A DNA stretch of 64,000 nt, taken from an uncultured Spirochaetota bacterium (GTDB taxonomy: Bacteria; Spirochaetota; Spirochaetia; SZUA-6; Fen-1364). Positions within the stretch are counted from its first letter, which is position 1. Every line of letters starts with the position of its first letter. The stretch covers positions 128,001 to 192,000 of the forward strand of contig CAWAHW010000007.1 in assembly GCA_963781885.1 (NCBI GenBank). The letters run 5' to 3'. Shown here in pieces: positions 1 to 10,158 of this stretch. The position numbers and the translations under genes were made by a program. The notes beneath the pieces were generated by a model. The model worked only from the letters and a program-made list of their open reading frames with translations, had not been told where the DNA came from and ran no database searches.

Positions 1-3
1 GTC

Positions 4-798
4 ATGCGCCACCACACCGCGGCCGAGGTCACCGCCGCTCTGGGGGGCGGCTACGATTCGTTCGCCGTCGTGGATTTGCCGGCCACGAAGAACCGCTACA
101 TGATCGGGACGCACGACGCGGCGCACCGCCAGGAAATCTGGGTCCGGGGCACCGCGAATCTCAAGAACGCGCTCTACGACGTGCGCTACGCGCAGCGGCT
201 GAACCAAAAGCTGGGCATCAAGCTCCATCTCGGGTTCGAAGAGATGGCTCTTGCCGTCTACCATGACATCCTTCCCCGTCTGCACAAGGACTATGACCTC
301 GTGATCTTCGGGCATTCGCTGGGAGCGGCGGAGGCGGTGATCCTGGCAATGCTGCTGGATACCGACGGCTACCGGGTGGCGCAGGTCTATGCCTCGGGCC
401 AGCCACGCGTGACCGACGCCGAAGGAGAGGCCAAGTTCGAGCATCTGCCCATCCTGCGGATCAGCAATCCGGACGACCCGGTGCCATCCCTCCCGCCGCG
501 GGACATCCCTTCGCCGAAGGACCCGTACGTGCATATCGGCAATGTCGTGATTCTCCTGGACGGTCCGTATTACTGCATGCTCGGGGAGGACAGGAGCGAC
601 GAGGCACTGGCCGGGTCCTTCTGGCAGTCCCTGTCCGCCGAGGGCCCCATCCAGCCGGTGCAGGACCACCTGATGCCCGCCTACATCGCAAAAGAGCAGC
701 CAAAGCTTACGGCGGCCATCCAGGTGCCGTACGCCGACCGCGCCGCCTACATGACGCAGAAACCCGCCCGGACGAGGCACGCCGTCAGCGGGGGATAG
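4..798 (+). CDS. Class 3 lipase-like alpha/beta hydrolase (may be 5'-truncated by window edge)
   Basis: VRGT motif, GHSLG nucleophile elbow, GQPRV, DPVP and terminal DH, typical of Lipase_3. Confidence 0.85.
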   Translation: MRHHTAAEVTAALGGGYDSFAVVDLPATKNRYMIGTHDAAHRQEIWVRGTANLKNALYDVRYAQRLNQKLGIKLHLGFEEMALAVYHDILPRLHKDYDLVIFGHSLGAAEAVILAMLLDTDGYRVAQVYASGQPRVTDAEGEAKFEHLPILRISNPDDPVPSLPPRDIPSPKDPYVHIGNVVILLDGPYYCMLGEDRSDEALAGSFWQSLSAEGPIQPVQDHLMPAYIAKEQPKLTAAIQVPYADRAAYMTQKPARTRHAVSGG

Positions 799-805
799 GA
801 ACCGT

Positions 806-2533
806 TCAGCGTCCGCGCCGCGCGAGCCAGCCCCGGAGCTTTTCCGTCGGCCAGGTGTTGATCACGTCATCCGCCGTCAGCCAGGCGCGGCGGGCGATGG
901 CGACGCCGAACGGGAGCATGTCGAGGTCCGCTTCCGCGTGCGCATCGGTGTTGATGCTGAGGGGGATGCCCATCTCCATTGCGCGGCGCGCGTAGACGTC
1001 CTCCAGGTCCAGCCGGAAGGGGCTCGCGTTGATCTCCAGCGCCACACCCGACTCCGCGGCGGCCGACAGGACCGCATCCATGTCCAGGTCCGCCCCCGGC
1101 CTGTCGGGGATCAGGCGCCCCGTGGGGTGCCCGATGATGTCGACGTGCGAGTTGCGCACCGCCTTGAGCAGCCGCTGCGTGACCCTTTCACGCTCCTGGC
1201 CGAGCGACGTGTGCAGCGACGCCAGGACAAGGTCGAGTGAGGCCAGGAACTCGTCGGGATAGTCCAGGCTCCCGTCCGCCTTGATCTCCACCTCGGTGGC
1301 ATGCAGGACCAGGATGCTGTCTCCCAGCTCGCGCTGGATCGCGGCGATCTCCGCTGCCTGCGCGGCGTGACGCTCGATGGTGAGGCCTCCCACCATGCCG
1401 AGGCTCTGCGAGTGGTCGGTAAAGGCGATGACCTTCATGCCGCGCCGGGCAGCGGCCCGCGCCAGCTCGAGCATGGAAAGCTTCCCATCCGACCACGTGG
1501 AGTGCGTCTGGAGATCGGCCCTGATGTCACCGAGCTCGATCAGCTTCGGCAGCTTTCCCGCCCGGGCCGCCTGCACTTCACCACGGTCCTCGCGGAGCTC
1601 GGGTGGTATCAGGGGCAGACCGAGCGCGGCGTAGACCTCCGCCTCCGTCGCGCACAGGATCTCCCCGGAGCCGTCGACTTTCGTGAGCGCGTGCTCGGAG
1701 AGGGAAAGGCCCTTGTCCAGGGCGAGCTCGCGGAGCCGCACGTTGTGGTCCTTCGACCCGGTTGCGTACTGCAGGGCCGTGCCGAACTTCTCCGGCGGGT
1801 GCACCCAGACCTGTGCCCGGACGCCGTCGGCGAACTCGATGCTGGATTTGGTGTCCCCCTTGCCACGAACCTCCATCACTCCGGGGAGGGTCGTGAATGT
1901 CTCCATGACCTGCGCGGACTCCCGCGCCGCGATCAGGATGTCGATGTCCCCCACCGTGGAACGCATGCGTCGAAGGGAGCCCGCCGGCTCGGCTGCCACC
2001 ACGTCGGGCAGCTTCAGAAGCGTCGCGATGATCTGTTGGGCGAGAGGCCATGCCCGCCCGATGGGGACCCGACCCGAGCGCCGGGAAAGCGACTCGATGC
2101 CGCGCAGGATCTGGGCCTCGGACTTCTCCCCCATACCGGGAAGCGTCCTGAGCTTGCCCTCTTTGGCGGCTGCGGCCAGCTCCGGGAGCTTCGTGATGCC
2201 CAGCTCCTTCCAGATCAGCGCGACCTTCTTCGGTCCCAGACCCGCCACCTGGAGCCATTCCGCCAGTCCTGCCGGCACCGCCTCTTCCAGCTTTTCCAGG
2301 AACTGAAGCCTGCCGGTGCGCAGCAGCTCGTCGATCTTTTCCGCGATGGACTTTCCCACGCCGGGGATCTCCCGCAGCTTCTCATCCTTCCAGTACTGGT
2401 TGATATCGCCGGCAAGGGACAGCAGGCTCTCCGCCGCCTTGCGGTAGGCGAGGGTCGTGTAGATCACCTCGCCCTTGATTTCCAGGAGGTTCGCGATCAG
2501 GGTGAATGTCTCCGAAACCTCTCGGTTGTTCAT
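806..2533 (-). CDS. polX: DNA polymerase X family with C-terminal PHP domain
   Basis: HhH motifs (IPGVG, GLGPKK), GSLRR..GDIDIL, TGSKDHN; PHP motifs THSTWSDG, TDH, HPTGR, NTDAH; start taken at MNNREV. Confidence 0.93.
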   Translation of the reverse strand: MNNREVSETFTLIANLLEIKGEVIYTTLAYRKAAESLLSLAGDINQYWKDEKLREIPGVGKSIAEKIDELLRTGRLQFLEKLEEAVPAGLAEWLQVAGLGPKKVALIWKELGITKLPELAAAAKEGKLRTLPGMGEKSEAQILRGIESLSRRSGRVPIGRAWPLAQQIIATLLKLPDVVAAEPAGSLRRMRSTVGDIDILIAARESAQVMETFTTLPGVMEVRGKGDTKSSIEFADGVRAQVWVHPPEKFGTALQYATGSKDHNVRLRELALDKGLSLSEHALTKVDGSGEILCATEAEVYAALGLPLIPPELREDRGEVQAARAGKLPKLIELGDIRADLQTHSTWSDGKLSMLELARAAARRGMKVIAFTDHSQSLGMVGGLTIERHAAQAAEIAAIQRELGDSILVLHATEVEIKADGSLDYPDEFLASLDLVLASLHTSLGQERERVTQRLLKAVRNSHVDIIGHPTGRLIPDRPGADLDMDAVLSAAAESGVALEINASPFRLDLEDVYARRAMEMGIPLSINTDAHAEADLDMLPFGVAIARRAWLTADDVINTWPTEKLRGWLARRGR

Positions 2534-3498
2534 GCGCCCTTCATCCACGGCAGTCTGTCGAGGTCGACATTTCCGCCCGAAAGGATGATCGCCACCTTTT
2601 TGCCTTTCGCCTCGACGCCTCCGTCCAAGAGCACGGCGAGCGGCACGGCGGCGGACGGCTCTATGACCACCTTCATCCGTTCCCAGACCAGGCGCATGGC
2701 GGAGGCGATCGATTCCTCGCCCGTCGTTACGATCCTGTCCACGCAGGCGCGCACGATCGGGAAGGTGTGCGGCCCGAGCGACGTGCGCAGGCCGTCGGCG
2801 ATCGTGCGCGGGTTCCCCGACGGATGAAGCGTGCCCGTCGTGAAGGAGCGGTAGGCATCGTCCGCCGCCGCGGGCTCGGCACCGATGACCTGCGTGCGCG
2901 GCGACACGGCCCGTGCCGCCAGGGCGGTGCCGCTGAGGAGCCCGCCGCCGCCGACCGGCGCCATGATGATGTCCAGGTCGGGCAGATCCTCAAAGACTTC
3001 GAGGGAGGCGGTGCCCTGGCCGGCGATGACGCGCAGGTCATCCGAGGGGTGCACGAACTCCGCGCCCGTTTCGCCGACCACCTCGCTCAGGGTCTTCTCC
3101 CGGTCCCCGGGAGCCTCACCTGCAAAAACAATGCGGGCGCCGTAGCCGCGCACCGCCTCCACCTTCACCCGGGGGGCATCGCGCGGCATCACGATGCACG
3201 CCGCGATCCCGCGGAGCCGGGCGGCAAGGGCCAATGCCTGCGCATGGTTGCCGGACGAGTGCGTGGCGACGCCGCGAGCCGCCGTTGCGTCGTCCAGGGA
3301 ATATACCGCGTTGCAGGCACCTCGGAACTTGAAGGCGCCGACGCGCTGGAGGTTTTCGCATTTGAAGAAGACACGGGCGCCCGTCATCGCGTCGATCGTG
3401 GAGCTCGTGAGGATCGGGGTCCTGTGGGCAAAAGGGCGGATGCGCGCGGCGGCGCGGCGGATGTCGTCGATGCCGACGCGCGGAAGCGGGTCGCTCAT
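2530..3498 (-). CDS. PLP-dependent serine/threonine dehydratase / serine racemase family
   Basis: KCENLQRVGAFKFRG, SSGNHAQ, PVGGGGL, EPSAA, LSGGNVD; start at MSDPLP. Confidence 0.92.
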   Translation of the reverse strand: MSDPLPRVGIDDIRRAAARIRPFAHRTPILTSSTIDAMTGARVFFKCENLQRVGAFKFRGACNAVYSLDDATAARGVATHSSGNHAQALALAARLRGIAACIVMPRDAPRVKVEAVRGYGARIVFAGEAPGDREKTLSEVVGETGAEFVHPSDDLRVIAGQGTASLEVFEDLPDLDIIMAPVGGGGLLSGTALAARAVSPRTQVIGAEPAAADDAYRSFTTGTLHPSGNPRTIADGLRTSLGPHTFPIVRACVDRIVTTGEESIASAMRLVWERMKVVIEPSAAVPLAVLLDGGVEAKGKKVAIILSGGNVDLDRLPWMKGA

Positions 3499-3536
3499 TC
3501 CGGCAGGGTAGCCGGCGGAACTTTCCTGCGCAAGGG

Positions 3537-4826
3537 TCAGGCCTCGACCCGCGGCGGCTCCCTTCTCGGCTCGGGCAGACCCCGCAGCATGAAAAGCGCG
3601 ATGACGGGCCCTGCCATGGCGGCGATGAAAAGCGCCGCGTACGAGCCGGTTGCCTGCAGGATCCAGCCCCCAATGAGGGGCATGACCAGGGAGACCCCGG
3701 TGAGGGTATTGGCAAAGCCGATATAGAGGGGCCGCTCTGGAGCGGGCGCCCACTCGAGCACCCAGTTGAGGAATCCCGCCATGTTGGCGTTTCCCTGCAT
3801 GCCCACGACCACGAACACGAGGGCATACAGGTAGAGCACTGCCCCCGGCACGACCCGCGCCATGAAGGGCGCCGCGATCGCGATCGCGGGGGCGATGAGA
3901 TCCACCCATCCCCAGAGCCGCAATACCGAGCGGGTTCCGCGGCGCTCGCCCATGACGCCCAGCAGGAGCGCGGAGAAGACGCCGCCAACAAGCTGCACCG
4001 ACGTGAAGAAGCCGACGCTCGCCGGTGGGAAGCCGAGGCCTGACAGTCCGTGGATCACATAGAAGGGCGCCGCGATCCCCACGCCGCTGAGCGCGATCCA
4101 CAGCCCCACCGCCTTGCGGAACGGGGGATCGGCCCGGACGACGGCGGCGAGCTTGCGGAAGTAGGCGCCCCAAGGGAGAGGCTTCTGCACCACCGGCAGG
4201 GGCGATTCGCGGACGAACAGGAACGAAAGCAGCGAAATTGCCCAGAAGACCCCGCAGATGCCGAACAGGAGCGCATAGTTGCTCGGCCACGCAATGGCCG
4301 TGGAGGAGAGGACGACGCCGACGATCGCGCCGGCGCCGATGCCGACGACCCCCGGAGCCGTGGTTCCCAGGCTGATGAGCCGGGCCCGCGTCTGCACCGG
4401 CACGCAGCGGCCCAGTATGTCCAGCCACGCCACGCTCGCCACGCCGTCCAGGATGTAGAAGGCGAAATAGAGGATGAAGAACACGACGAGCAGCGCGCCT
4501 GGGCTGCGCGACGCCAGGAGAAGGATGGCCACCGGGATGGCAAGAGCGATGATTCTTCCGACGGTCGAGGGCACGATGACGGCCGCCTTGCGGCGGGTGA
4601 GACCGGCGAGCCGGTTCGCCGCGAAAAGCTGCGGCACAAGCCAGCCCGCCGTGAGCAGCGTCGATGCAAGGCCGATGAGCGGGGTGGAGCTCGTGAGCGT
4701 GGCGATGAAGGACGGGATCATCGTTGTCTGGCCCGCGAAGCTCGCGCCGACCCCGAAAAAGAATAAGTCCCCCGCAAATCCCCAGAAGGTGCGGCGAATG
4801 TCCGTTCCATGCAGGAGCCTGTTCAC
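3537..4826 (-). CDS. MFS transporter
   Basis: About 12 hydrophobic segments; GTG start at 4826 (ORF extension to 4985 runs through the tandem repeat). Confidence 0.85.
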   Translation of the reverse strand: MNRLLHGTDIRRTFWGFAGDLFFFGVGASFAGQTTMIPSFIATLTSSTPLIGLASTLLTAGWLVPQLFAANRLAGLTRRKAAVIVPSTVGRIIALAIPVAILLLASRSPGALLVVFFILYFAFYILDGVASVAWLDILGRCVPVQTRARLISLGTTAPGVVGIGAGAIVGVVLSSTAIAWPSNYALLFGICGVFWAISLLSFLFVRESPLPVVQKPLPWGAYFRKLAAVVRADPPFRKAVGLWIALSGVGIAAPFYVIHGLSGLGFPPASVGFFTSVQLVGGVFSALLLGVMGERRGTRSVLRLWGWVDLIAPAIAIAAPFMARVVPGAVLYLYALVFVVVGMQGNANMAGFLNWVLEWAPAPERPLYIGFANTLTGVSLVMPLIGGWILQATGSYAALFIAAMAGPVIALFMLRGLPEPRREPPRVEA

Positions 4827-4865
4827 GGCGCCAATCTCACGGTTTGTCGCCGAGGTGTCAAGCCA

Positions 4866-5007
4866 GCCACGGTAATCCGTGGCATTCGCCGCCACGGTAA
4901 TCCGTGGCATTCGCCGCCACGGTAATCCGTGGCATTCGCCGCCACGGTAATCCGTGGCATTCGCCGCCACGGTAATCCGTGGCATTCGCCGCCACGGTAA
5001 TCCGTGG
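4866..5007. repeat. 25-bp tandem array (5 copies + partial) of GCCACGGTAATCCGTGGCATTCGCC, each unit a 7-bp hairpin
   Basis: Units at 4866, 4891, 4916, 4941, 4966 and partial 4991-5007; GCCACGG/CCGTGGC are reverse complements; no spacers. Confidence 0.97.
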
Positions 5008-5073
5008 GGGCTGCGCCGCGGAGGCGGGGCAGCGCAGCGAACGCTTGCGACCTGCCGCGGGCGGACGCTATAC

Positions 5074-6375
5074 TTGCCGCATCAGAAGACCTCTGCTGTT
5101 CCTCATCCTCTTTCTCCTGATTGCCGCCTCCATTGCAGCCGTGGCCGTGCTGCCTCTGCCTATCGTCGCCGGCGTCCCGGTCCTGCTCGCCGTGTCTGCC
5201 TTTCTTCTTGGGCGCGAGCCCGTCCGGAAAAGGGCGAAAGGCGGCTCGACGAACAGCGCGACGGCGGTTGCGGGGGGCGAGAGTGTCTGTCAGGCCCTGG
5301 ATAATGTGCCGGCAGGGGTGATCCTGCACCGGGACGGGCGCGTCCTTTTTGCCAATCGACGGATGCGTCTCCTCCTGGGACGGGAGTCCGATTTCATGGA
5401 CGGCACCGCGCTGAACCGGCTCGTGCCGCCCGAGGAGCTCGCCGCGCTGGGCGGTCTCGGAGCGGACTCCGAGCTGCCGCGCGAGCTTACCCTCCTGAAG
5501 GCCGACGGCTCGACTGTCTCGGTCGAGGCGTCGGGCGGGCAGGTGCGGCTTTCGGACGGCAGCGCGGCGATGATCTGCGTGGTCGACGTGAGCGGCCGCC
5601 GGGAGGAGTCCGCGCGGCGCGGCGAGCTCGCGGCGCACACGCGCAAGCTCGAGGAGCAGCTCGAGCATTCCGCGCGGCTCGCCGAGCTCGGAGAGATGGC
5701 AGCGTCCATCTCGCACGAGCTCAACCAGCCCCTCACAGGCATCAGGAACTACGCGCGCAACGCGTATTACATGCTGGACCAGAAGGCCGGCGCCGAGGCG
5801 GACGTGAAGAACAACCTGCGGCTCATCTCCGAGCAGGTGGACCGCGCGGCGAAGATCATCAACCAGATGCGGGAGCTTTCCCGCCGGGCGACAGCGTCTT
5901 CGTGCTCCTGGACCCCAACAGCGTCATCCGGGAGACCGTGGAGTTCCTCCTGCCGCAGATGAAGCTCTCCGAGGTCACCGTCTCACTGGACCTGGACGCC
6001 GGCCTCCCGCAGGTCTGGGGCGACAGAACGCGTCTCGCCCAGGTCTTCCTCAACCTGCTTTCCAACGCGCGCCAGGCCATGATCGACACGCCGTCGCGGC
6101 GCCTGACGATCAGGAGCCGCCGGGACCCTTCCGCGGCCCTCCCCATCGTGGTGGAGGTGAGCGACTCGGGCAAGGGCTTCACCGAAGAACAGGGGCAGAG
6201 GCTTTTCCAGCCCTTCTACACGACGCGTAAGGGCGGCCATGGGCTGGGCCTTTCCATTTCCCGCAGCATCGTTCAGGATCACAAGGGCACGATCGAGGCG
6301 CGCGGCGCGCCGGGGCAGGGTGCGACATTCTGCATCCGGTTTCCCGCCGCGCCCCGCGACGCCGCCAAGGAGTGA
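5074..6375 (+). CDS. Membrane PAS sensor histidine kinase (DctB/NtrB-like), frameshifted near 5886-5888; start uncertain
   Basis: Two TM segments, PAS, H-box SHELNQPL in ORF 4979-5962; N/G1/F/G2 boxes (NLLSNA, DSGKG, GLGL) in ORF 5902-6375; adding one G restores RRGDSVFVLLDP. Confidence 0.85.
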
Positions 6376-6378
6376 CGC

Positions 6379-7800
6379 GTGAGCGTGGAGCACAGGGAGT
6401 CGGGCACGATCGTCGTCATCGACGACGATGAGGCGGCCCGGCATTCCATCGGCCAGATGCTGGGTCTGCGCGGTTGGGCGGTGGAGGTATTCTCCTCCGC
6501 TGAGGCGGCGCTGGCCTGGCCGGGCCTCAACGATGCGATGTGCATCGTGACGGACGTGAAGATGCCCGGCATGGACGGGGAGGAGTTCCTGGCCCACGTG
6601 ACCGCGGCGGCAACAGATCCGCCGGGTGCGTCGGCGACAAATCCGCCGGTGGTGATGCTCACGGGTCACGGCGACATCGCCATGGCCGTGCGCTGCCTGA
6701 AGGCGGGCGCGTTCGATTTTGCCGAGAAGCCGTTCGATGACGCGGTGCTCCTGGCGTACGTCTCCAAGGCCGTGGAGAAGACGCGGCTGGTGCGCGAGAC
6801 GCGGGACCTGCGCCGGCGGCTCACGTTCTGCTCGCCGGAGGAGGACGGGAAGTTCGGCATGGTGGGCACGAGCCGCGCCATCCAGGACGTCTACGCCCAG
6901 GTGGAGGCTGCGGCGCGCACCGATGTGCCCGTGCTCCTCACCGGGGAAACGGGCACGGGCAAGGAGCTCGTGGCGCGGGCGATCCACGGGCAGGGCGCGC
7001 GCGCGCACGGCCCCTTCGTGCCCGTGAACGCCGGGGCGCTTCCCGAGACGATGTTGGAAAGCGAGCTCTTCGGCCACGCGCGCGGCGCCTATACCGGCGC
7101 ATTGGGCGAGCGGGAAGGAAAGCTCGTGACCGCGTCCGGCGGCACGCTCCTTCTGGACGAGATCGAAACGATTTCCCCGCGCGCGCAGGTGCAGCTTCTC
7201 CGCGTCCTGGATGACGGGGTTGTCGAGCCGCTGGGCAGTGACCGTCCGCGCAAGGTGAATATCCGTCTCATCTGCGCCTCAAACGTGGACCTCACGGAGG
7301 AGGTGCGGCGCGGCACTATCCGGGAGGATTTCTACCACCGGATCATGGTGCTCAGCATCCGCGTGCCGCCGCTGCGGGAACGAACCGACGACATCCCGCT
7401 CCTGGTGTCGCACTTCCTGCGCCGCGCCGCCGACCGCAATGGCATCGCAGTGCCCACGATCTCCGAATCCGCGCTTTCAGAAATGATGCGCCACGGCTGG
7501 CCCGGCAATGTCCGCGAGCTTTCAAACGCGGTGGAGCGTCTTGTGATCACCTCCCGAAACGGCGCGGCGGGAAGCTTCACCCCGGACCTCCAGGAGGAAG
7601 GGGAAAGGCTTCTGTCGCTTCCGGCCGGTGCGGGTCGCCTGCGCGAGGAAATGGAAAAGGTCGAGAGGTCGGTCATCGAAGCCGCTCTCCGTGAGCGCAA
7701 AGGTGAGATCAACGCAACCTGGCAGATGCTGGGAATCTCCCGGCGCGCCCTCTACGAGCGGATGCGGCGCTACGGCCTGGACAAGGGAAGCTACCGGTAG
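6379..7800 (+). CDS. Sigma-54-dependent response regulator (REC-AAA+-HTH, DctD/NtrC family)
   Basis: REC (DDD, DVKMP, EKPF), [35 protein letters not shown], Fis-type HTH. Confidence 0.95.
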   Translation: MSVEHRESGTIVVIDDDEAARHSIGQMLGLRGWAVEVFSSAEAALAWPGLNDAMCIVTDVKMPGMDGEEFLAHVTAAATDPPGASATNPPVVMLTGHGDIAMAVRCLKAGAFDFAEKPFDDAVLLAYVSKAVEKTRLVRETRDLRRRLTFCSPEEDGKFGMVGTSRAIQDVYAQVEAAARTDVPVLLTGETGTGKELVARAIHGQGARAHGPFVPVNAGALPETMLESELFGHARGAYTGALGEREGKLVTASGGTLLLDEIETISPRAQVQLLRVLDDGVVEPLGSDRPRKVNIRLICASNVDLTEEVRRGTIREDFYHRIMVLSIRVPPLRERTDDIPLLVSHFLRRAADRNGIAVPTISESALSEMMRHGWPGNVRELSNAVERLVITSRNGAAGSFTPDLQEEGERLLSLPAGAGRLREEMEKVERSVIEAALRERKGEINATWQMLGISRRALYERMRRYGLDKGSYR

Positions 7801-7817
7801 GCCGGCACGAATCCTGA

Positions 7818-7997
7818 CTATCTTCGTTGTGCTTCGGTGAGCTTGCCTTGAAGAGAGGCGACAAAGCTGCTGAAGGCGAGCTCTTCAAGCGGTTCTCTGC
7901 ATGTTCCTCTTGATCCTTTATCAGAAGGGCTTACGATCAAGCAAGCCGCATCGTAAAGCCGCTCTCTTACCAGGCGTGTACAGAAAAGCTCGTATCT
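7818..7997 (-). pseudogene. C-terminal remnant of a PaeR7I/XhoI-like type II restriction endonuclease
   Basis: Manual translation RYELFCTRLVRERLYDAACLIVS...EPLEELAFSSFVASLQG..* resembles the XhoI-family C-terminus as recalled; in-frame stop directly upstream, no start. Confidence 0.7.
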
Positions 7998-8038
7998 TCA
8001 GATCCCTTGGTTTGCGCAAAGGTACCCCTCTCCGAGAA

Positions 8039-9022
8039 TTATAAATGAGTCGTCACGACAGTACCCGTGAACATGTCGGCCGTTTCAGACCGTAAGCGGT
8101 TCGTGGCAAGGCCAAAGTAATGAGGGTCGATTTCGAATCCCATACTGTTCCTGCCTGACTGCGCCGCGGCCAGGTTTGTCGTTGCGGTCCCCATGAAGGG
8201 ATCCAGAACCGTGTCACCAACGAAACTGAACATGCGAACGAGTCGTGTCGCAAGCGGGAGGGGGAACGGGGCGGGGTGATTCTTTGTGGATTCGCCGGGA
8301 ATGTCGTTCCAGATTTGTTGGAACCATTTCTTGTGGTTGGGATCGGAAAGTATGCTGAGCAGTCTTGCGGAACGGGTTGGCTTTCTATAGCCGCCAGCCT
8401 TCCGCAACATGAGGATATACTCGATATCGTTTTTTATCACGCCATTTGGCTCGTAGGGTTTGCCGAGAAATCTTGAATTGCCCTCTATCTCGTAGGTGGC
8501 GTTTGCGATTTTGTGCCAGATGATAGGAGCGAGATTGGAGAAGCCAATCTTGCGGCAGCGTTCTTGTATCGATGAATGAAGGGGCACGCAGGTATGTTCC
8601 CCGTTATTCTTCCTTCTCGACAGGCAGACATCTCCGACGACGCAGATCAATCTTCCCCCGGGGACCAACAGATCGAACATCTGCTGCCACACATTATCCA
8701 ACTGGGCGAGAAAATCATCGTATTCTTCAACATGCCCAAGCTGGCCGGGAACCTCGCGGTACCTCTTGAGCGTCCAATAGGGGGGAGAGGTAACGACCAG
8801 ATGCACGGATTCGCGCGCAATCTTTGGCGCGGCGCGAGCGTCAACGAGGTAGAGATCGTGTGCAGTCGGGATGCGTCGAATGGCGGACTCAATGGCCGAC
8901 ATTGCATGGGAGTCCTTGGCCAGCTGCGGAATCGCGGTATCAAGTTCCTTGATTTGCTGAAGCTCGGCCGGGATATACGGGGAGAGGACATCATCCAATG
9001 TCGGCTGCTGTGTTGTCTCCAT
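8039..9022 (-). CDS. Beta-class N4-cytosine/N6-adenine DNA methyltransferase
   Basis: Catalytic TSPPY precedes HPAPFP and SAM-binding DPFMGTATT; lower GC than flanks. Confidence 0.92.
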   Translation of the reverse strand: METTQQPTLDDVLSPYIPAELQQIKELDTAIPQLAKDSHAMSAIESAIRRIPTAHDLYLVDARAAPKIARESVHLVVTSPPYWTLKRYREVPGQLGHVEEYDDFLAQLDNVWQQMFDLLVPGGRLICVVGDVCLSRRKNNGEHTCVPLHSSIQERCRKIGFSNLAPIIWHKIANATYEIEGNSRFLGKPYEPNGVIKNDIEYILMLRKAGGYRKPTRSARLLSILSDPNHKKWFQQIWNDIPGESTKNHPAPFPLPLATRLVRMFSFVGDTVLDPFMGTATTNLAAAQSGRNSMGFEIDPHYFGLATNRLRSETADMFTGTVVTTHL

Positions 9023-9203
9023 CAGGAAGCACGTCCAGCAAGACGGCCAGATTGCATTATTGCCAAGAGTGCTTTTTCCCGCAGCTTCATGACTATACGT
9101 GGGCGCGACGTGGTGTGCGGCCGCGAACACCTGTTCGGCCTGCAGCCTTCATGAGGACTTCCTGTCGCATGCGCCGACTCTATCATGAAGTCGATCCCTT
9201 TTC

Positions 9204-9556
9204 ATGGGCTCCTTGGATGGCAGGGCAACTTTGCTTTCGGCGCACGAAGGAGCACGGCGCAAGCTCGCGCTCCGCGGCGCTGCGTTGGAGCCGAAGGATT
9301 CAACTTTATCGGTGCTGTTGGCCGACACGTTGAGTGAACGCTTCCACACATGGCCGACGAAGAGTTTTTTCTCCATCTTAATCGCATGAACAGGCTGACG
9401 AGGGCCTTGCGAGCTCCGCTCGATGCCTGGGAAGCGGAGGTGCTGCGCCGCACCCGGGAAAGCTTCGGAGAGGCGATGGTTGCGCACGTTCGATTCCAGC
9501 TCGACAAGGCGTTCATCGAGCTGGTGACGATGATAGACGGGTCAATAGTCAACTGA
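9204..9556 (+). pseudogene. Possible small hypothetical gene split into two overlapping ORFs (9204-9389, 9350-9556)
   Basis: Protein-like helical sequence reads through if the frame shifts near 9348; no recognisable family. Confidence 0.25.
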
Positions 9557-9745
9557 TACTGGGCACGGCTCACACATGGGAGAGTTGTGCACGCGGCGAG
9601 GGCGGGCGACAAGCTTTTTCTGCGTTGGAAAGGCAAGCCGAAGGCGCGCCTTATCTCCATCGCCTGTAATTCTTTCTATTAGATCAAGATGTGCTGCCGG
9701 CATCCAGTTCGCATCCCCCTTGCCTTTTCGAGAAAAAAGTCACGA

Positions 9746-9762
9746 TTGGCATATTACTTGCA
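9746..9762 (+). promoter_or_regulatory. Sigma-54 (-24/-12) promoter of the hydrogenase operon
   Basis: TTGGCATATTACTTGCA has GG and GC at canonical spacing, about 43 bp upstream of the first ATG, in an AT-rich intergenic region. Confidence 0.82.
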
Positions 9763-9804
9763 TCTGATATCCCAGGGGTATCGAGAGAAATCCCGATAGA
9801 CGTG

Positions 9805-10158
9805 ATGAATATCCAGGACCTCGCAAAGCGAATCAATGCCCAGGTTTATTGCCGCGCCGACGCAGACGGGCAGGATCTGCAGACGATCTACGCTGGTGAC
9901 ACGATGAGCGAGCTGATCGCGCACGCCGCGCCCGCTACCCTCCTGGTCACCTCGCTGAACAACAACCAGCTCGTGCGGGTCGCCGAGCTCATGGACGTGC
10001 CCGGCATCTGCATCACGAATGGCGCCGTGCCCACTGCCGACCTGATCGCGCGGGCAGAAGCGGCCGGAACCACGATCCTCGTGTCGCCATTCGGGTATGC
10101 AAAGACGCTCCGGCTCCTGGAAGATACCCTTGCCGGGCGCGGGGCGGCGAAGCGGTGA
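9805..10158 (+). CDS. DRTGG-domain protein
   Basis: YAGDTMSELI..LLVTSLNN..AELMD..ICITNG; typical first gene of hydrogenase-associated regulatory blocks. Confidence 0.8.
   Translation: MNIQDLAKRINAQVYCRADADGQDLQTIYAGDTMSELIAHAAPATLLVTSLNNNQLVRVAELMDVPGICITNGAVPTADLIARAEAAGTTILVSPFGYAKTLRLLEDTLAGRGAAKR

Noticed and set aside
1301-2827. Long antisense/alternate-frame ORFs (also 14479-16362, 16534-18771, 57233-58822, 61527-63326)
   Set aside because: Shadow ORFs of well-supported genes in high-GC DNA; no motifs
4866-5007. CRISPR array (palindromic ~25-36 bp repeats here and at 17674 and 42028)
   Set aside because: Units are head-to-tail with no unique spacers, and there are no cas genes in the window
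5886-5888. Programmed ribosomal frameshifting in the split genes
   Set aside because: No slippery heptamer or stimulatory structure seen; sequencing error is the simpler explanation
9660-9700. IHF site or enhancer upstream of the sigma-54 promoter
   Set aside because: GATCAAGATGTG only partly matches the IHF consensus and no clear dyad was found; too weak to call
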